Part shown: positions 22,940 through 35,299 of the stretch, one piece after another
Position numbering within the stretch: the stretch's first letter is position 1
Layout: every line of letters starts with the position of its first letter
Assembly (NCBI GenBank): GCA_038087875.1
Contig: JAXLNO010000085.1
Span: forward strand, 62,001-98,334
Source of the DNA: Malacoraja senta
Lineage: Eukaryota
DNA length: 36,334 bases
Reading direction: 5' to 3'
Notes under the pieces: model-generated
Seen by the model: only the letters and a program-made list of their open reading frames with translations
Databases searched by the model: none
Told to the model about the DNA's origin: nothing
Position numbers and translations under genes: made by a program

Positions 22940-23956
22940 CAACAAACCCAAACATTCAGAAAGAAAGCAGACAAAAAAAATACATAAAATACAGTATGGA
23001 CAATACATGAAAGCAATAAATATTTAAAAAGACCCAATAATTAACTATTATAAAATGCAAAGCATCCCCATCCAGCCTTATAAAATATAATGGGTGAAGG
23101 ATCTCCTGAACCGCTCTGTTCTACAGCGCAGGGAGAGGAGCCAGTTGTTGTTCCGTGTGCTCTTTTGACCCTCCAGAATTTCATGGAGGGGGTGCCGAGG
23201 ATGACCAGCACCTTGCTCCTCATATGCCTCTCAAGCACATCCACCACAGAGTCCACTCTCCCCCCCCCAGCACTGAGCTAGCTCGTTTTACCAGCTTGTC
23301 CAACTTCTTGCTGCTTTTAGCACTGATGTTGTTTCCTCAGCAGACAATAGCGTACAAAATGACACTTGTAACCACAATATGATAAAAAACAAGTGCAGCA
23401 TTCCATTGTGCACATTGAAGGATCTGAGCCTTCTGAGGAAAAAGAGTCTGCTCTGTCCTTTTTTGTAGAGGGCATCGGTGTTGACAGACCAGCCCAGTTT
23501 GTTATCAAGGTGCACTCCCAGATATTTATATGTCTGCACCACCTCAATGTCCACCCCTGTGGTGTTAACCGGCTGAAGGGGAAGCTTGGACCTGCCAAAG
23601 TTAACAACCATCTCTTTGGTCTTGGTTTTATTCAGGATGAGACAGTTCTCTTTACTCCAGACACAGAAAGCACTGGTCAAGTCCCTGTATTCCTCCTCAT
23701 GTCCGTTCCTTACACATGCCACAATCGCTGTGTCATCTGAATATTTCTGTAAGTGGCATGTGTCAGACTTATATTTGAAATCTGCAGTATACAGGGTGAA
23801 GAGGAACGGGGCCAAAACCGTTCCCTGTGGGGCTCCAACATTGCTCACCATTGTCCCGGAAACACAGTCCCCCAGCTTAACAAACTGTGGTCGATCTGTC
23901 AGGTAGTTGTATATCCAGGAGATAAAGGTGGAATCCACCCCCATCTTCTCAAGCTC
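22940..23956 (-). mobile_element. Rex1/Babar-clade LINE, RT and 3' end
   Basis: ORF 23288-23944 [14 protein letters not shown]...GAPQGTVLAPFLFTLYT...KYSDDTAIV...YKYLGVHLD...KKGQSRLFFLRRLRSFNV; downstream RCRTERFRRSF. Confidence 0.88.
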
Positions 23957-24194
23957 TCACACACACATATATACACACAGACACATATATATATATATAT
24001 ATATACACGTATGTATATATACACATATATATATATACACGTATGTGCACACACACACACGTATATATATATATATACACACATACACATATATATATGT
24101 ATGTATGTATGTATATGTATGTATGTATATGTATATATATATACACACACACACACGTATACGTGTATATATATATATATATACACACACACAC

Positions 24195-24235
<41 letters not shown>

Positions 24236-24274
24236 TATATACACACACACACATATACATACATATATACACAC
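23957..24274. repeat. Compound (CA)n/(TA)n microsatellite
   Basis: About 318 bp of nearly continuous purine-pyrimidine alternation. Confidence 0.98.
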
Positions 24275-26057
24275 TGCTACAAGGGATGTTCTACTGGTCC
24301 CTCTACCCTCAACAGGAACAACGCTGCTCTTGGTCTTTCTCCAGGTCGTTCAAGAAGGACCCGAGCTGACACCGGTCATTCCCCTTCACCCCCTTGCTCC
24401 TCCCCCTCCTTCTAAGGATGTGGTTCAGAGAGCTGGTGAGCCCGTGTAGGTTTGGCCACTGGAGGGAGGCCAATCTGGGCTGATGTTGGGCTCCTTCAGT
24501 GGCCTGGATGAACTCGCGGATTTCCTCCACTGGAATGAGTGGAGTGATGTTGGGGTGTGCGAGAACATCCACTGATTCATTGTCCGAGGAGTCCCCTTCC
24601 ACCTGCCCACTGCAGGTGGAGTCACCATCCCCGGACACACCCTTAGCGCTCCATACTCCCACCTCACGCTGTGCGGCTATTGCCTCTTCCCCACCCGCTG
24701 GTCTCTCCTCCACCTCAGTCCCATCCCTGGGGCCAGTGGCAGAGGGGCCTTCCCCCGATGTACCCAGGGAGTCAAGACCATCGACAGTGGGGGCGACTAT
24801 CCCTCCCCCAGTTGGGCCCAGAGTGAACTCAGGTGCACCAGACTCAGGGAGTCCCTCTAGAGCCAGGTCCTGAGGGAGAGAAGGGCTGGTTTCCCCAACC
24901 CCCTCCCCACCTACAGTCTCTACCTCCAGAAACATGCTCCGTGCCCCATCCTGGGTGGGTTGCTCCTGGGCTTCCTCGGGTGCATGATGCAGGACTCCCT
25001 CCCTAACAGGAATCTCCTCCTGCTCCATATCACCCGAGTGGTTCCCATCCATAACATGGAACCGGGGCCCGAACCAGACGACGGGAGTGTTCCTCCACCA
25101 CAGTATTCCCCTCCTCCCTGGAGGATTCCCCTTCATCCCCCTTCCGCTCCTCCATAGATTCCTCCTTCTCTTTTTCGATGGGGAGGAGCTCAGACTCTGG
25201 GGTCACCTGAGCAACCTTCCTCTGTGGCACCCTCTCCCCCCGCCCGATCCCCATCGCCCACGGCTTGCAGACTCCCTAATGGGAGGTGACGGGATGGGTG
25301 AATAATTCTGGTCCCTGGGGGTTTTGTTCTCCAGGTGCTTCACCTTCTTCACCGCTTTGACCCCCTTCATTTGACCTTTCCCATCCCAACCCCAGGGTTC
25401 CCTGACTCAACCACAGGGGGAGGTGGGAGCGGGGGGGGGGGGGCGGGGAAGAGGGGTTAGTGGCACCAGAAGCGGAGGCCTCCGCCCAGAATTTGGGGCA
25501 ATTCCTCCGAATATGCCCCACTTTCTTACAGGCATGGCACCTTGGGCGCTGCGATGTCCAGTAGACGGTGAAATCGTCAGCTGGCGCTGGAGGGAAAGAA
25601 CGTGCCGCAGCTCCTTCCTGCGGAACCCCTGGGATATCGGGGTGATGTCTGTGAGTACCTTCCCCAGGGTGTGAAGATAGGGAAGGAGGGCCTCATTTGT
25701 GCTGTAGGGCAGGACGTTGGACAGGACCACCCGTTGCGTGGTGGTCGCCAACGGCTCGACCTGCAGGAATGTTCCACCCACGGAGAACCCTTTACTCACT
25801 GCCGCGTTCACCCCCTCAACAGACTCGAGGAAGAACTCGGCCATCCCAAACATCCTTCCCACGTACAGGATGCCTGCGGGCTTGGCCGCCAGGGCCACGG
25901 CATCCAATTAGTCTTCCAGGTTCATATGAGGGGACAAGTAGCACCTTACCCCATGCTCGAAAGGCAGGTTCCTCATGGAGAACCAGGCCCTCAGAGCAGC
26001 AGCCACCTTTGCATAGCTTCTGGAAGGCCCCGCTCACCCAGAACACTGACCCAGCAT
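24275..26057 (-). mobile_element. L1/Tx1-clade LINE ORF1 (degenerate), no ORF2 following
   Basis: SYAKVAA..EHGVRC..GRMFGMAEFFL..GTFLQVEPL..RVVLSNVLPY..RHVLSLQRQ, zinc knuckle CHACKKVGHIRRNC (about 25500-25540), long acidic/Pro-rich tail (ORF 24309-25136). Confidence 0.82.
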
Positions 26058-26802
26058 GGTATTTAAAACATAGCACTTACACAAAGCCTGTGACAGACAG
26101 TTCAAATGGCACGAGGCCAAGTCCAAACACAAAAACAAATGCAACAGTTCGAGGGAGGGAGGCAAAGTGGTGTCGCCTCGAAGGTCGATAATGGCGGCTC
26201 CCCCGAAAAACTGCTGCGTCACCACCTCCGCCCGGCACTCCTGAGTTTCCTGGCGAGCTGCTGAACTTCGCAGGCAATCCCAGCTGTTCTTCGCTGCTCC
26301 TACAGCAACAAACTTGCCTGCAGTCTTGTTGTTGGAAGCCTCTTACCTCCGTCGGTCTTGCCGAGAGAAAGAAGGCTTAGTCTTCAGCTCCAGGCTCCAA
26401 GGCCGCAGAAAGAGGTCGAGACGGCGCAGGTGCAGAAATTCTCCCACACATGCACGAAAGCAAGACCGGCTCGGATAGCACCAACGAGGCAGTAAGGGGG
26501 GGGTAGGGGGGGGGGGTGTTCTGGATGCAGGTGTAAAAGTCCAGAAAGGTTTTCTCCTCCATTTTGGTGAGCCGCAGTTCCTGGCTGGTTGCCAGCCAGT
26601 TGTGGGAGTTCGACAGTTAGTTGATAAGGCTGCTTGGAGTCCCAAAAACAAGCAGAAACTTTAAAACAAGTCTCTGTAACGTGGCAACGATACACAAAGA
26701 TGTTTAAAGTACCGCTGTATCTCCTCCGAATTCCATAAGGATGATAAAACACGCTAGTTCTTGTGTCTGGACGGGAGCTCCTAATCACCACACCTCCTCA
26801 CG

Positions 26803-26897
26803 TAACCAGCTTGGAGAGGATGAAGGTATTGAACGCCGAGCTGTAGTCAATAAACAACAGCTGACGCAAGTGTTTTTATTGTCCAAGTGGTCCAGTG
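26803..26897 (-). mobile_element. Small Rex1/Babar-type RT fragment
   Basis: LDHLDNKNTCV/LLFIDYSSAFNTFILSKLVT by hand translation. Confidence 0.7.
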
Positions 26898-29209
26898 TGG
26901 ATAGACTATGTTTAGGGTCAGGACCCCCAAGGGCTTAAATACAAAAAATGATCTTTAAATATAGTTCTAATTGGAAGTACACAACGAGATCAAGTGTACT
27001 AAAATTTTAATTCATTAAAATTCTTAAGCTTTTAAATATCTTAAATAGAAAAACAAGACAATACTTTGACAAACTTTGTTAAAAAGTGCTATTATAAATT
27101 TTGCTTCAATAGAAATATTTAAAAGAATCCATTGTGATAAAAATATACAATCATATAATAGAAATCAACCTTTCATTATCCACTGTTGTTAAATAGAACA
27201 ATTTATTGATTATAACAAAGTATGGCTGAATGATCATTACACTATAGGCACAAAAGGTTCTTTTTTAAGAATGATTTCATCAGCAGTATAGTGGAAAAAT
27301 GAGATCTGCTAATAAAAATTGACCGACCGGGTGACCAAGTAGGATAAAAAAGACACTACAAAATGCTCCAACTATGCAGTATTATAGATTTGACAGAGTG
27401 ATACAGTGTGGAAACCGGCCCTTCGGCCCAACTTACCCAACCAGCCAACATATCCCAGCTACACTAGTCCCACCTGCCTGCGATTGATCCATATCCCTCC
27501 AAACCTGTCCAATCTATGTACCTGTCTAACTGTTTCTTAAACGATGAGATATTCCCAGCCTCAAATACTTCCTCTGGCAGCTTGTTCCATACACCCACCA
27601 TCCTTTGTGTGAAAAGGTTGTCCCGCGGATTCCTATTTAATATTTTCCCCTTCACTTTGAACCTATGTCCTCTGGTCCTCAATTCTGCTACTCTGGGCAA
27701 GTGACTGTGTATCTACCCGATCTATTCCTCTCATGATTTTGTACACCTCTATACGACCACCCATCATCCTCCTGCGCTCCAAGGAATAGAGACCCAACCT
27801 ACTCAACCTCTCCCTATAGCTCACACCACGAGTCCTGGCAAAATCCTTGTAAATCTTTTCTCAACCCTTTCAAGCTTGACAAATCTTTCCTATAACATGG
27901 TACCCAGAACTGAACACAATTTTCTAAATGCAGTCTCACCAACTGCAACATGACCTCCCAACTTCTATACTAAATACTCTAACTGATGAAGGCCAATGTC
28001 CAAAAGCCTTTTTGACCACCTTATCTACCTGCAACTCGACCTTTAAAGAACCATGCACCTGCATTTCTAGACCCCTGTGCTATACAACACTCCCCTAGAG
28101 GCTTACCATTTACTGTGTAGGTCCTGCCCTTGTTAGACGTCCCAAAATGCAACACCTCATACTTCTCTGTATTAAATTCCATCAACCATTCCTCAGCCCA
28201 CCTGTCAATCGATCCAGATCTTGCTGCAATCTTTCACAACCATCTTCACTAACTGCAAAACCACTCACTTTTGTATCATCAGCAAACTTGCTCATCTTGC
28301 CCTGTATGTTCTCATCCAAATCATTGATGTGGATGACAAACAGTAACGGGACCAGCACCAAACCCGAGGCACAGTCACAGGCTTCCAGTCCGAGAAGCAG
28401 CCTTCCACCATCACCCTTTGCTTCCTTCCATGGAGCCAATTTGCTATCCATTCAGCTATCTTTCCTTGGATCCCATGCAATCTAACCTTCCAGAGCAGCC
28501 TACGATGCGGAACCTTGTCGAATGTCTTACTGAAATCCATGTACACAACATCTACAGCTCTGCCCTCATCGACCTTTTTGGTCAAGTCTTCAAAAAAAAA
28601 TCAGATTTGTGAGACAAGACCTCCCATGTACAAAACCATGCTGATTATCCGTATCAGCCCTTGACCATCCAAATGCCTGTATAACCTATCCCGCAGAATA
28701 CTCTCTAGTAACTTTCCAACTACAGATTTTAAGCTCACCGGCCTATAGTTCCCAGCATTATTCCTGCAGCCCTTCTTGACAACTTTTGCCATTCTCCAGT
28801 CTTCCAGCACCTCTCCTGTATTTAAGGACAACTTGTAAATTTCAACCAGGGCTCTTGCAATTTCCTCTCTGGTTTCCTGCAATGTCCTCGGATATATCGG
28901 ATCAGGACTGGAGATTTGTCTACCTTCATACTCTGTAGTACCTCAAGTGCTTCTTCGATGGTAACACTGACTGCTCTCAAGACACTTCCATTGACTGCCC
29001 CAATGTTCCTCGGTCCTACTGTCCTTCTCCTCGGTACAGAGGAAAAATACTCATTGAGGACCTTGCCCATCTCCTGTAGCTCCACACAGATGTGACCACT
29101 TTGATTCCTGAGAGGTCCAACTCTCTCTCTAATTACCTTTTTTCCCCTTATGTATTAAAAAAATCTTTTAGGATTTTCTTAATGCTACACGCCAGAGGTA
29201 TCTCCTTGC

Positions 29210-31320
29210 CAATGTTCCCTCTAAGCTGTGCAAGTGTGCGCGCGCACACAAGTTTTGAAACCAGCGCGCAAAGAAAATTTATGTGCGCACAAAAGAATCT
29301 CCGCGGATTTTGAAATTCGGAAAAAAAATCGCTATAAAATTTCTCCGCTATAAATGATAGCGGGGAAATTTTATAGCGGAGACTTTTTTCCCGAATTTCA
29401 AAATCGGCGGCCCGATCCGGCACTGGGGACAGCTGCAGCCCGCTCTGGCATCCGGGAAATCTGGTCCGAGGGCGTCGCATACAGTCCACGGGTGCCGCAT
29501 CCATCCCTGCATCCATCACCCGGGGGAGGGCCAGGGCTGCCCTACTCAAAGATGGTGGTACTGCTGGCAGGAACCCAGCGGTAAATGGACGGGACTGGAC
29601 CTTGGAGAGGGAGAGGGAGAGGGAGGTGGGGACAGAGGCGATTGGGGAAAGGGGAGGAGAGAGGGGGAGGGGAGAGGGGTACTCTCCTTCTCTGCCCTCT
29701 CTCCGCCTCTCTCTCCCTTTCATTAAATGTATAAAACTGACATTTATTTATTTTTTCCTCTGGCCTGCAAAAATGTGCCAAATATATAATGTGACCCTCA
29801 TGCTGATAAGTTTGCAGGCCCCTACCATAGACACTACAATGTTACCTAAAATGTAGTAATCAACAATTAATTGTCCCATCCGGGACATATGACAATAAAA
29901 CACTCTCGACTCTTATACAGTATATAATTTATACTTATTTGTAAAAATCTCATAATCATATTGACTTTATTGTACAGTTACAAAGATCCATTTCAAAATT
30001 CTGTAGCTGGCTTATTGAGTTTTTTATTGAAATAAATTTTGATTCACCATGTCTAGCAATGTTACAAAATTTTGAGATTTAAAAAATAAAGTCTGCAATT
30101 TATCCCATCAGATAAAGCATAAAAAGAAGTTTAATTTGACACTTAATTCACTTTCATATCTTCAGTATTAAAAAAGTTATGGCCATTATCATACTCAGAA
30201 ATTAGCATCTAGTTCCCTATTGCTTTTCCATTGACTTAACACAAAAGCTGTGATCGAGGACAGTTAAAAGCCCATAACTTTCTTAAAAAATTATGGTAAC
30301 TGAAAGAAATTTTCAGGTATTATAGATTGAAGCATTCTGAAACAAATATGAAACAATCTTACTTCGAAGACATGAAAGTAAAGCATATAATTAGTTAGTT
30401 ACCTAATTGTAGCTAATTACAAAATTCAATTACTAGATCTAAACATCTATCAATTTCTTAAGAATAGATTAACATTTTTAAATAGCCTAAGTGTCCAAAT
30501 AACATTCACACAATAATTCACAATATAACATAATTTTTAAATCTAATTTTCATGAATTTACAGGCCAAATGGAAGGAATTGAATGTTTAATACCTGTAAA
30601 TTAATGGGGATTTAATTCATCTTGCGAGTGAGAAATTACTGGAACGCGATCTTTTGGAACGTTCATTTGCGGTGAATTTAACCCCGTATTGGCATGAAAA
30701 ATACTGCCGTTAATTCGGGGAATAAAATCACCGTGTCGCATGACAAAATGTGAATTAAAGGCTTCTTAAGAAGCACTTTTATACATTTAAAGAAAGCACT
30801 TTTGTTTACCTGTCCATTGTGTGAAATCCGTCCCCGTTATTGGCGTTGACGCTTCAGGAGCTGCTTTTAAAATGACTCTAGCGCTGACATTGACGATTTA
30901 ATTAAAAAAAAAAAATTCACAAATCGCCGGTAGGAACGATTTTGTCAGCGAAGTTTTGTACTCCAACAAAATATTTCCAGGACAAGGAAGAAACCCGCGT
31001 TTTAACCCCGCCCCCCCCTTAAAGGCGCCAAAATCGCGCACACGGCCAGTGGCAGAATTACAGCGCGACTGAAGGTAAGTTTTGTAACATACCTACCATG
31101 TCAAATTCAAAGGATGCAAAGCGTGTGAAGCGCAAAAGAACTGCAAGCTGGTTTTAAAGTTGAATGGCTTAACAAAATAGTAAAAACTGCTACACCAAAA
31201 GCTCATGAGGTCATACATATTTGCACAAGAATTCATTGCGCACACATATTTGTAACATAGAAAATTGCACAATACAAGATTTCTGCGCACACGAACTACA
31301 ACAAATTAGAGGGAACATTG
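29210..31320 (+). mobile_element. Non-autonomous hAT-type DNA transposon
   Basis: 15-bp perfect TIR CAATGTTCCCTCTAA / TTAGAGGGAACATTG; 8-bp TSD CTCCTTGC / CTCCTGGC; subterminal GCGCAC motifs; short peptide MSNSKDAKRVKRKRT/GFKVEWL from 31098. Confidence 0.85.
30054..31095. mobile_element. Non-autonomous TIR element with 7-bp TSD
   Basis: TAGCAATGTTACAAAA / TTTTGTAACATACCTA (14/16 inverted match), flanked by CCATGTC at 30047-30053 and 31096-31102. Confidence 0.8.
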
Positions 31321-33221
31321 CTCCTGGCCCCTTTTTGCTCTTCTGATCTCCATTTTTCAGTTTACTCCTTAGTTTCCGAAACTCCTCCAGGGATGAACTT
31401 GATCCCAGCTGTCTATACCTGTCCCATGCATCCTTCTTGTTTTTGACCAACGCCTCAATTTCCCTCATTAGCCAACCTTCCTTACGTTTGCCTGCTTTGC
31501 CCTTCACTCCAACGGGGACATACATATCCTGAGCTTTTGTCAGCACACTTTTAAAAAACATCCCACTTGGCTGATGTTCCTTTCCCTTCAAATAACCTGC
31601 TCCAGTCAACTTGAGCGAGACCTTCTCTCACACCCTGAAAGTTGGCCTTGTCCCAGTTGAGCATTAACATGTGGACCCTCTCCGTCCCTATCCATAACTA
31701 TCATAAACCTAATCGAACTGTGTTCACAAAAGGCTCCTCCACAAACACTTCATTAACTTGCCCTTCCCAATTTCCCAATACTAGATCCAGTGTTGCCCTC
31801 TCACGCCTGGGGGGGGGGGGGGCTCTACATACTGCTTAAGAAAACTCTCCTGAACACTTTTGAGGTATTGCACCACATTTAAACCCTTCACACTATGATT
31901 TCCCCAGTCAATATTGGGAAAGTTAAAATCCCCTACAACAACAACCTTATTTGACCTGCAGCTGTCTACAATCTCCTGGCATATTTGTTCTTCTAATTCC
32001 CGTTGATTATTCGTGGGTCTATAGTACACCCACAACAAGGTGATCGTCCCTTTCTTGTCCCTCAGCTCCACCCATATAGCCTCACTAGACGAACCGTCCG
32101 TAATGTCACCTCTGACCACTGCCATGATATCCTCCTTAACAACTATGCAACCCCCTCCCCCCCTCCTCTTTTTCCCTCACCCCTGTCAATCCTGAAGCTC
32201 CTATACCCCAGAACATTGAGCCGTCAGTCCTGCCCCTTCCTAAACCAGGTTTCAGTCATGGCTACAACGTCCCAGTCGCTCGTACATATCCATGCACTGA
32301 GCTCATCTGCCTTACTCGTCAGCCCGCTTGCATTAAAATATGTGCAGTTTAAACCAACACTCCTTCCTCGCTCTCCGCCTTTCACCTGCCTATTCTGTTC
32401 ATTAACCTTTCCCCCACTACCCTCCATACCAACTTATAGCCTCTCACGTGCCTCAGTTATGTACGAGATCCCACCCCCTGCCAGTCTAGTGTAAACTATC
32501 CCGTGTAGCAACCCGACATCAAAGGGGAGGACAGATAATTACGAAAGAGCTCAGATGATAATAGCCAATTGTGATACTCAGAAAATCCAGTCTGGAGTTT
32601 CAGATTGAGATTGCCCTATTTCACGACATAAAACCAGAAATACACAAAATAAAAAGGTGGGCCACCATTCATTCCTCGTTACAGGCAATACCTCACAAGC
32701 AAAGCATGCTGATGAAGCATGGTGTGTTATTCAAAGAGAAAAGAGGTAAAAGGAGAAAATAGCAAAAGGATTTCTGAACAGGGATGGTTGCAAAGTTAAG
32801 TGTTCTACTGAGGTGGGGGAAAAAAATCAGGAATAATCATAAGACAACTACTTCAAGATAATTATGAATGCACTTTCGTGTGATGGGCTCTTTACAAGTT
32901 ATTATGCTACTTTAAAAAAAATCAAATCATAACAGATATACCAAATGTTTAACTACTATGAATAAAAGCATTTTAGAGTTTAGAATTAAACACATCAGAA
33001 GGTTTGTAAAGACACTAATGCTTTGGCCAACAAAAGGATATATAGGTTAGAATGAGTCAATGCTAACAATGACAAGATACTCACGAATGTTGACAACTGA
33101 CCTAAATTTTTATAGTTTTACGTAAATCTCGAGACAGATATTAACTTATATTGGCGCTGCAGATCAGAAGTACCACTGCCATTTTACTACCAAGTAATAA
33201 ACAAAAATTTTACATACTTAC

Positions 33222-33494
33222 TTCTTCTCTAATGTCTTCTTTTGGTTGCTCGTCACTGTCATCACAGGAAGTGTCCTCACTGGAACTATTATCTTCATCA
33301 TAACCTTCAAGGGCTTTCAAGTCTTCAGCATCAATAATTCCAAGTATATCATTTTCTTCTACTTCTCGTAGGTTCCCAATTTCTTCATCAGACGAAGTGT
33401 CATTGGTCCCATCCAGTTGTGGGATGGATGATGTTTCAACCGTAACCTGTTGCTCTTCTGAAGTTGCTGCAAGCATTAACATCGTCTCATTTAC
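33222..33494 (-). CDS. GTF2A1L: GTF2A1L exon with Taspase1 site and acidic region
   Basis: VNETMLML...IPQLDGTNDTSSDEEIGNLREVEENDILGIIDAEDLKAL...DIREE; 273 nt, phase 0/0, TTTTTCATTTAG acceptor, GTAAGT donor. Confidence 0.93.
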
Positions 33495-34395
33495 CTAAAT
33501 GAAAAATATAACTTTTGTGTATAAAAATCAAATGAAAAGAAAATCAATAAAACAGTAGTAATCTTAGGATTTGATTGGATTAATATCAATGTATCCCCAT
33601 TGAAGTCTAAATAAAAACACTAAAAAGCTGCCTGCTTCAATAATTTGTAACCTCTGGAAAAAACAAACATTATCTTCATGATTTTTAATGATTTTTTGTG
33701 AGAATTTGTAAAAAGCACAAAATCTATCCCTGTGATAAAGCTCTTTGGAAAACAAGCAAAGTAGTAGAAATGTAAGAACATGCATAAACCATGCAGTACA
33801 GTACATTCAATATTAAACCCGCTAAGTATGGCACTTTGGCATTTGACAAAGTAATCTTTAATTTGTGACGGCTGTGTACTAATTCTGACATTACTTACCT
33901 TCTCCAAAAGGATGATCCCAGCACTGAAACTAAGCCACAATTTCAAAGATCACTGCCATCTTCTCTCACCAATAGCCCCTCTATAATCTCTCTCCCCTCC
34001 TCCACTCAATATGCACAGCCTTTTCACCAGGTATATATAGAGTTTCAACACCTGCATTGTGGAAAAGCTTTCTTGAATAGAGAACACATTTCGGTTCTCC
34101 ATCAATAATACATTTTCATTGAAGTAAATCATAGAGAATAACTTTTCACTTCTCCCATATTTGAAAAAAGTGAACATTTTTGTTGCAAACATGAACAATT
34201 ATTTATTTCACAGCCACTTAAGTATTTATCTTCATCGCTTCTTCCTACACAATGAACTGTAGTGCAATGAAAAACATTGGCATTTCTTGTGCCTTTACCT
34301 CCAGACTTCCATAAAATGCAACTTCTGACCATTGAAAGTGTTCACTTGCACTTTAATCTTTACATTTTATTGCACATTTCCAAAAGAATTCTTAC

Positions 34396-35016
34396 CTGGG
34401 GTGCAAATTGTTGAGCTGCACACTGATCAGAAACACACTGTGACATGTTCATGCCTTCATTTTGTTCAGATGATTGACTTTGAACTATGAGTGCATGTGC
34501 TAGAGGAATTCTCTCTAAATGTTGAGTCTGGCTTGAGGTTGTTTGTTCTTCCATAGACAGCTCGAGCCTTGCTGGTTGTGTGGTTACTAACTGCTGCTGC
34601 GTTATTGTCCCTGTATTTGCTATGGGCTGCCTCTGAATAATTAGGTGAGGCCCTGTCTGTACACCCATCCCAGAGTGTTGCAAAACGACCTGCTTCATCG
34701 CACCCGATTGCTGAATGTATACGTGCCGTGACATGCCAGGTTGTTGCAGAATGGACTGGCCAGCTACATCGAAAGGTTGGTTTGCAACAACTGTTGATGT
34801 GAGGAAACTTGACCTGAATTGGATTGCTGGAGCATGGATGCTTGATCTTGGGAAGATGGTTGAATGACATGCGTTTGACCAGAGTTTTGCTGGATTAGTG
34901 CCGTCTGCCAGTAACTGTATTTACTTGATGAATAATGTGAACAGGCTGTTGGAAGTATTTCTGACCTCCAGCACCTTGGGTTACCATAACTGGCACATTG
35001 ACTTTATACATATGAC
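34396..35016 (-). CDS. GTF2A1L: GTF2A1L large Gln-rich exon (frame disrupted as given)
   Basis: TTTTTCAG|GT CAT ATG TAT AAA GTC AAT GTG CCA GTT ATG GTA = GHMYKVNVPVMV (human ALF GHLYKVNVPIMV, from memory); ends FAPQ|GTAAGA; 621 nt does not fit phase 1 in / phase 0 out. Confidence 0.8.
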
Positions 35017-35126
35017 CTGAAAAATATATAGATTGATAATCAAAAATATGAGAAAATATTAAGAACAACAAAGAATGGAGAGGAAAATAGGATTAGAATG
35101 GGCAGCTCCTACCAAACCTTAGCGCG

Positions 35127-35271
35127 TTCTCTTCTTCTTGCGTATGGCGTGCACAGCCTAAAGTTGTAGGACAACTTGTTCTATTTGATCTTATTTGATT
35201 GTGCACGCCAGGTTGATTGCATTAGTCGAAACAGGGCAGAACACGTGAAGGTTGCTATCGCCCACCCACCC
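35127..35271 (-). mobile_element. Short SINE-like insertion with (GAA)n tail
   Basis: TTCTTCTT tail at left; flanked by CCTTAGCGCG (35117-35126) and CCTTAGCGTG (35272-35281). Confidence 0.65.
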
Positions 35272-35299
35272 CCTTAGCGTGCTGAATAGCATCATTCTA

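Larger units (their letters stand above)
27385..32510 (-). mobile_element. Long CR1 LINE (ORF2 EN+RT, degenerate), split by hAT-type insertion
   Basis: EN motifs YFNASGLTSKADEL, VAMTETW, VVGDFNFPNIDW; RT motifs NYRPVSL, VVYMDFSKTFDKVPH, INDLD..SKFADDTK; CR1 3' end near 27400. Confidence 0.93.

Noticed and set aside
23753..24449. Y/I/H/T- and V/C/Y-rich ORFs
   Set aside because: Translations of the CA/TA microsatellite
7948..35016. Calling the gene GTF2A1 rather than GTF2A1L
   Set aside because: DPLNSGDDVSEQ.VPDL, KFYLKDG, DTSS.EEIG and YKVNVP.MV match ALF as I recall it, not GTF2A1 (EPLNSEDDVSDEEGQEL, KFHLKDG)
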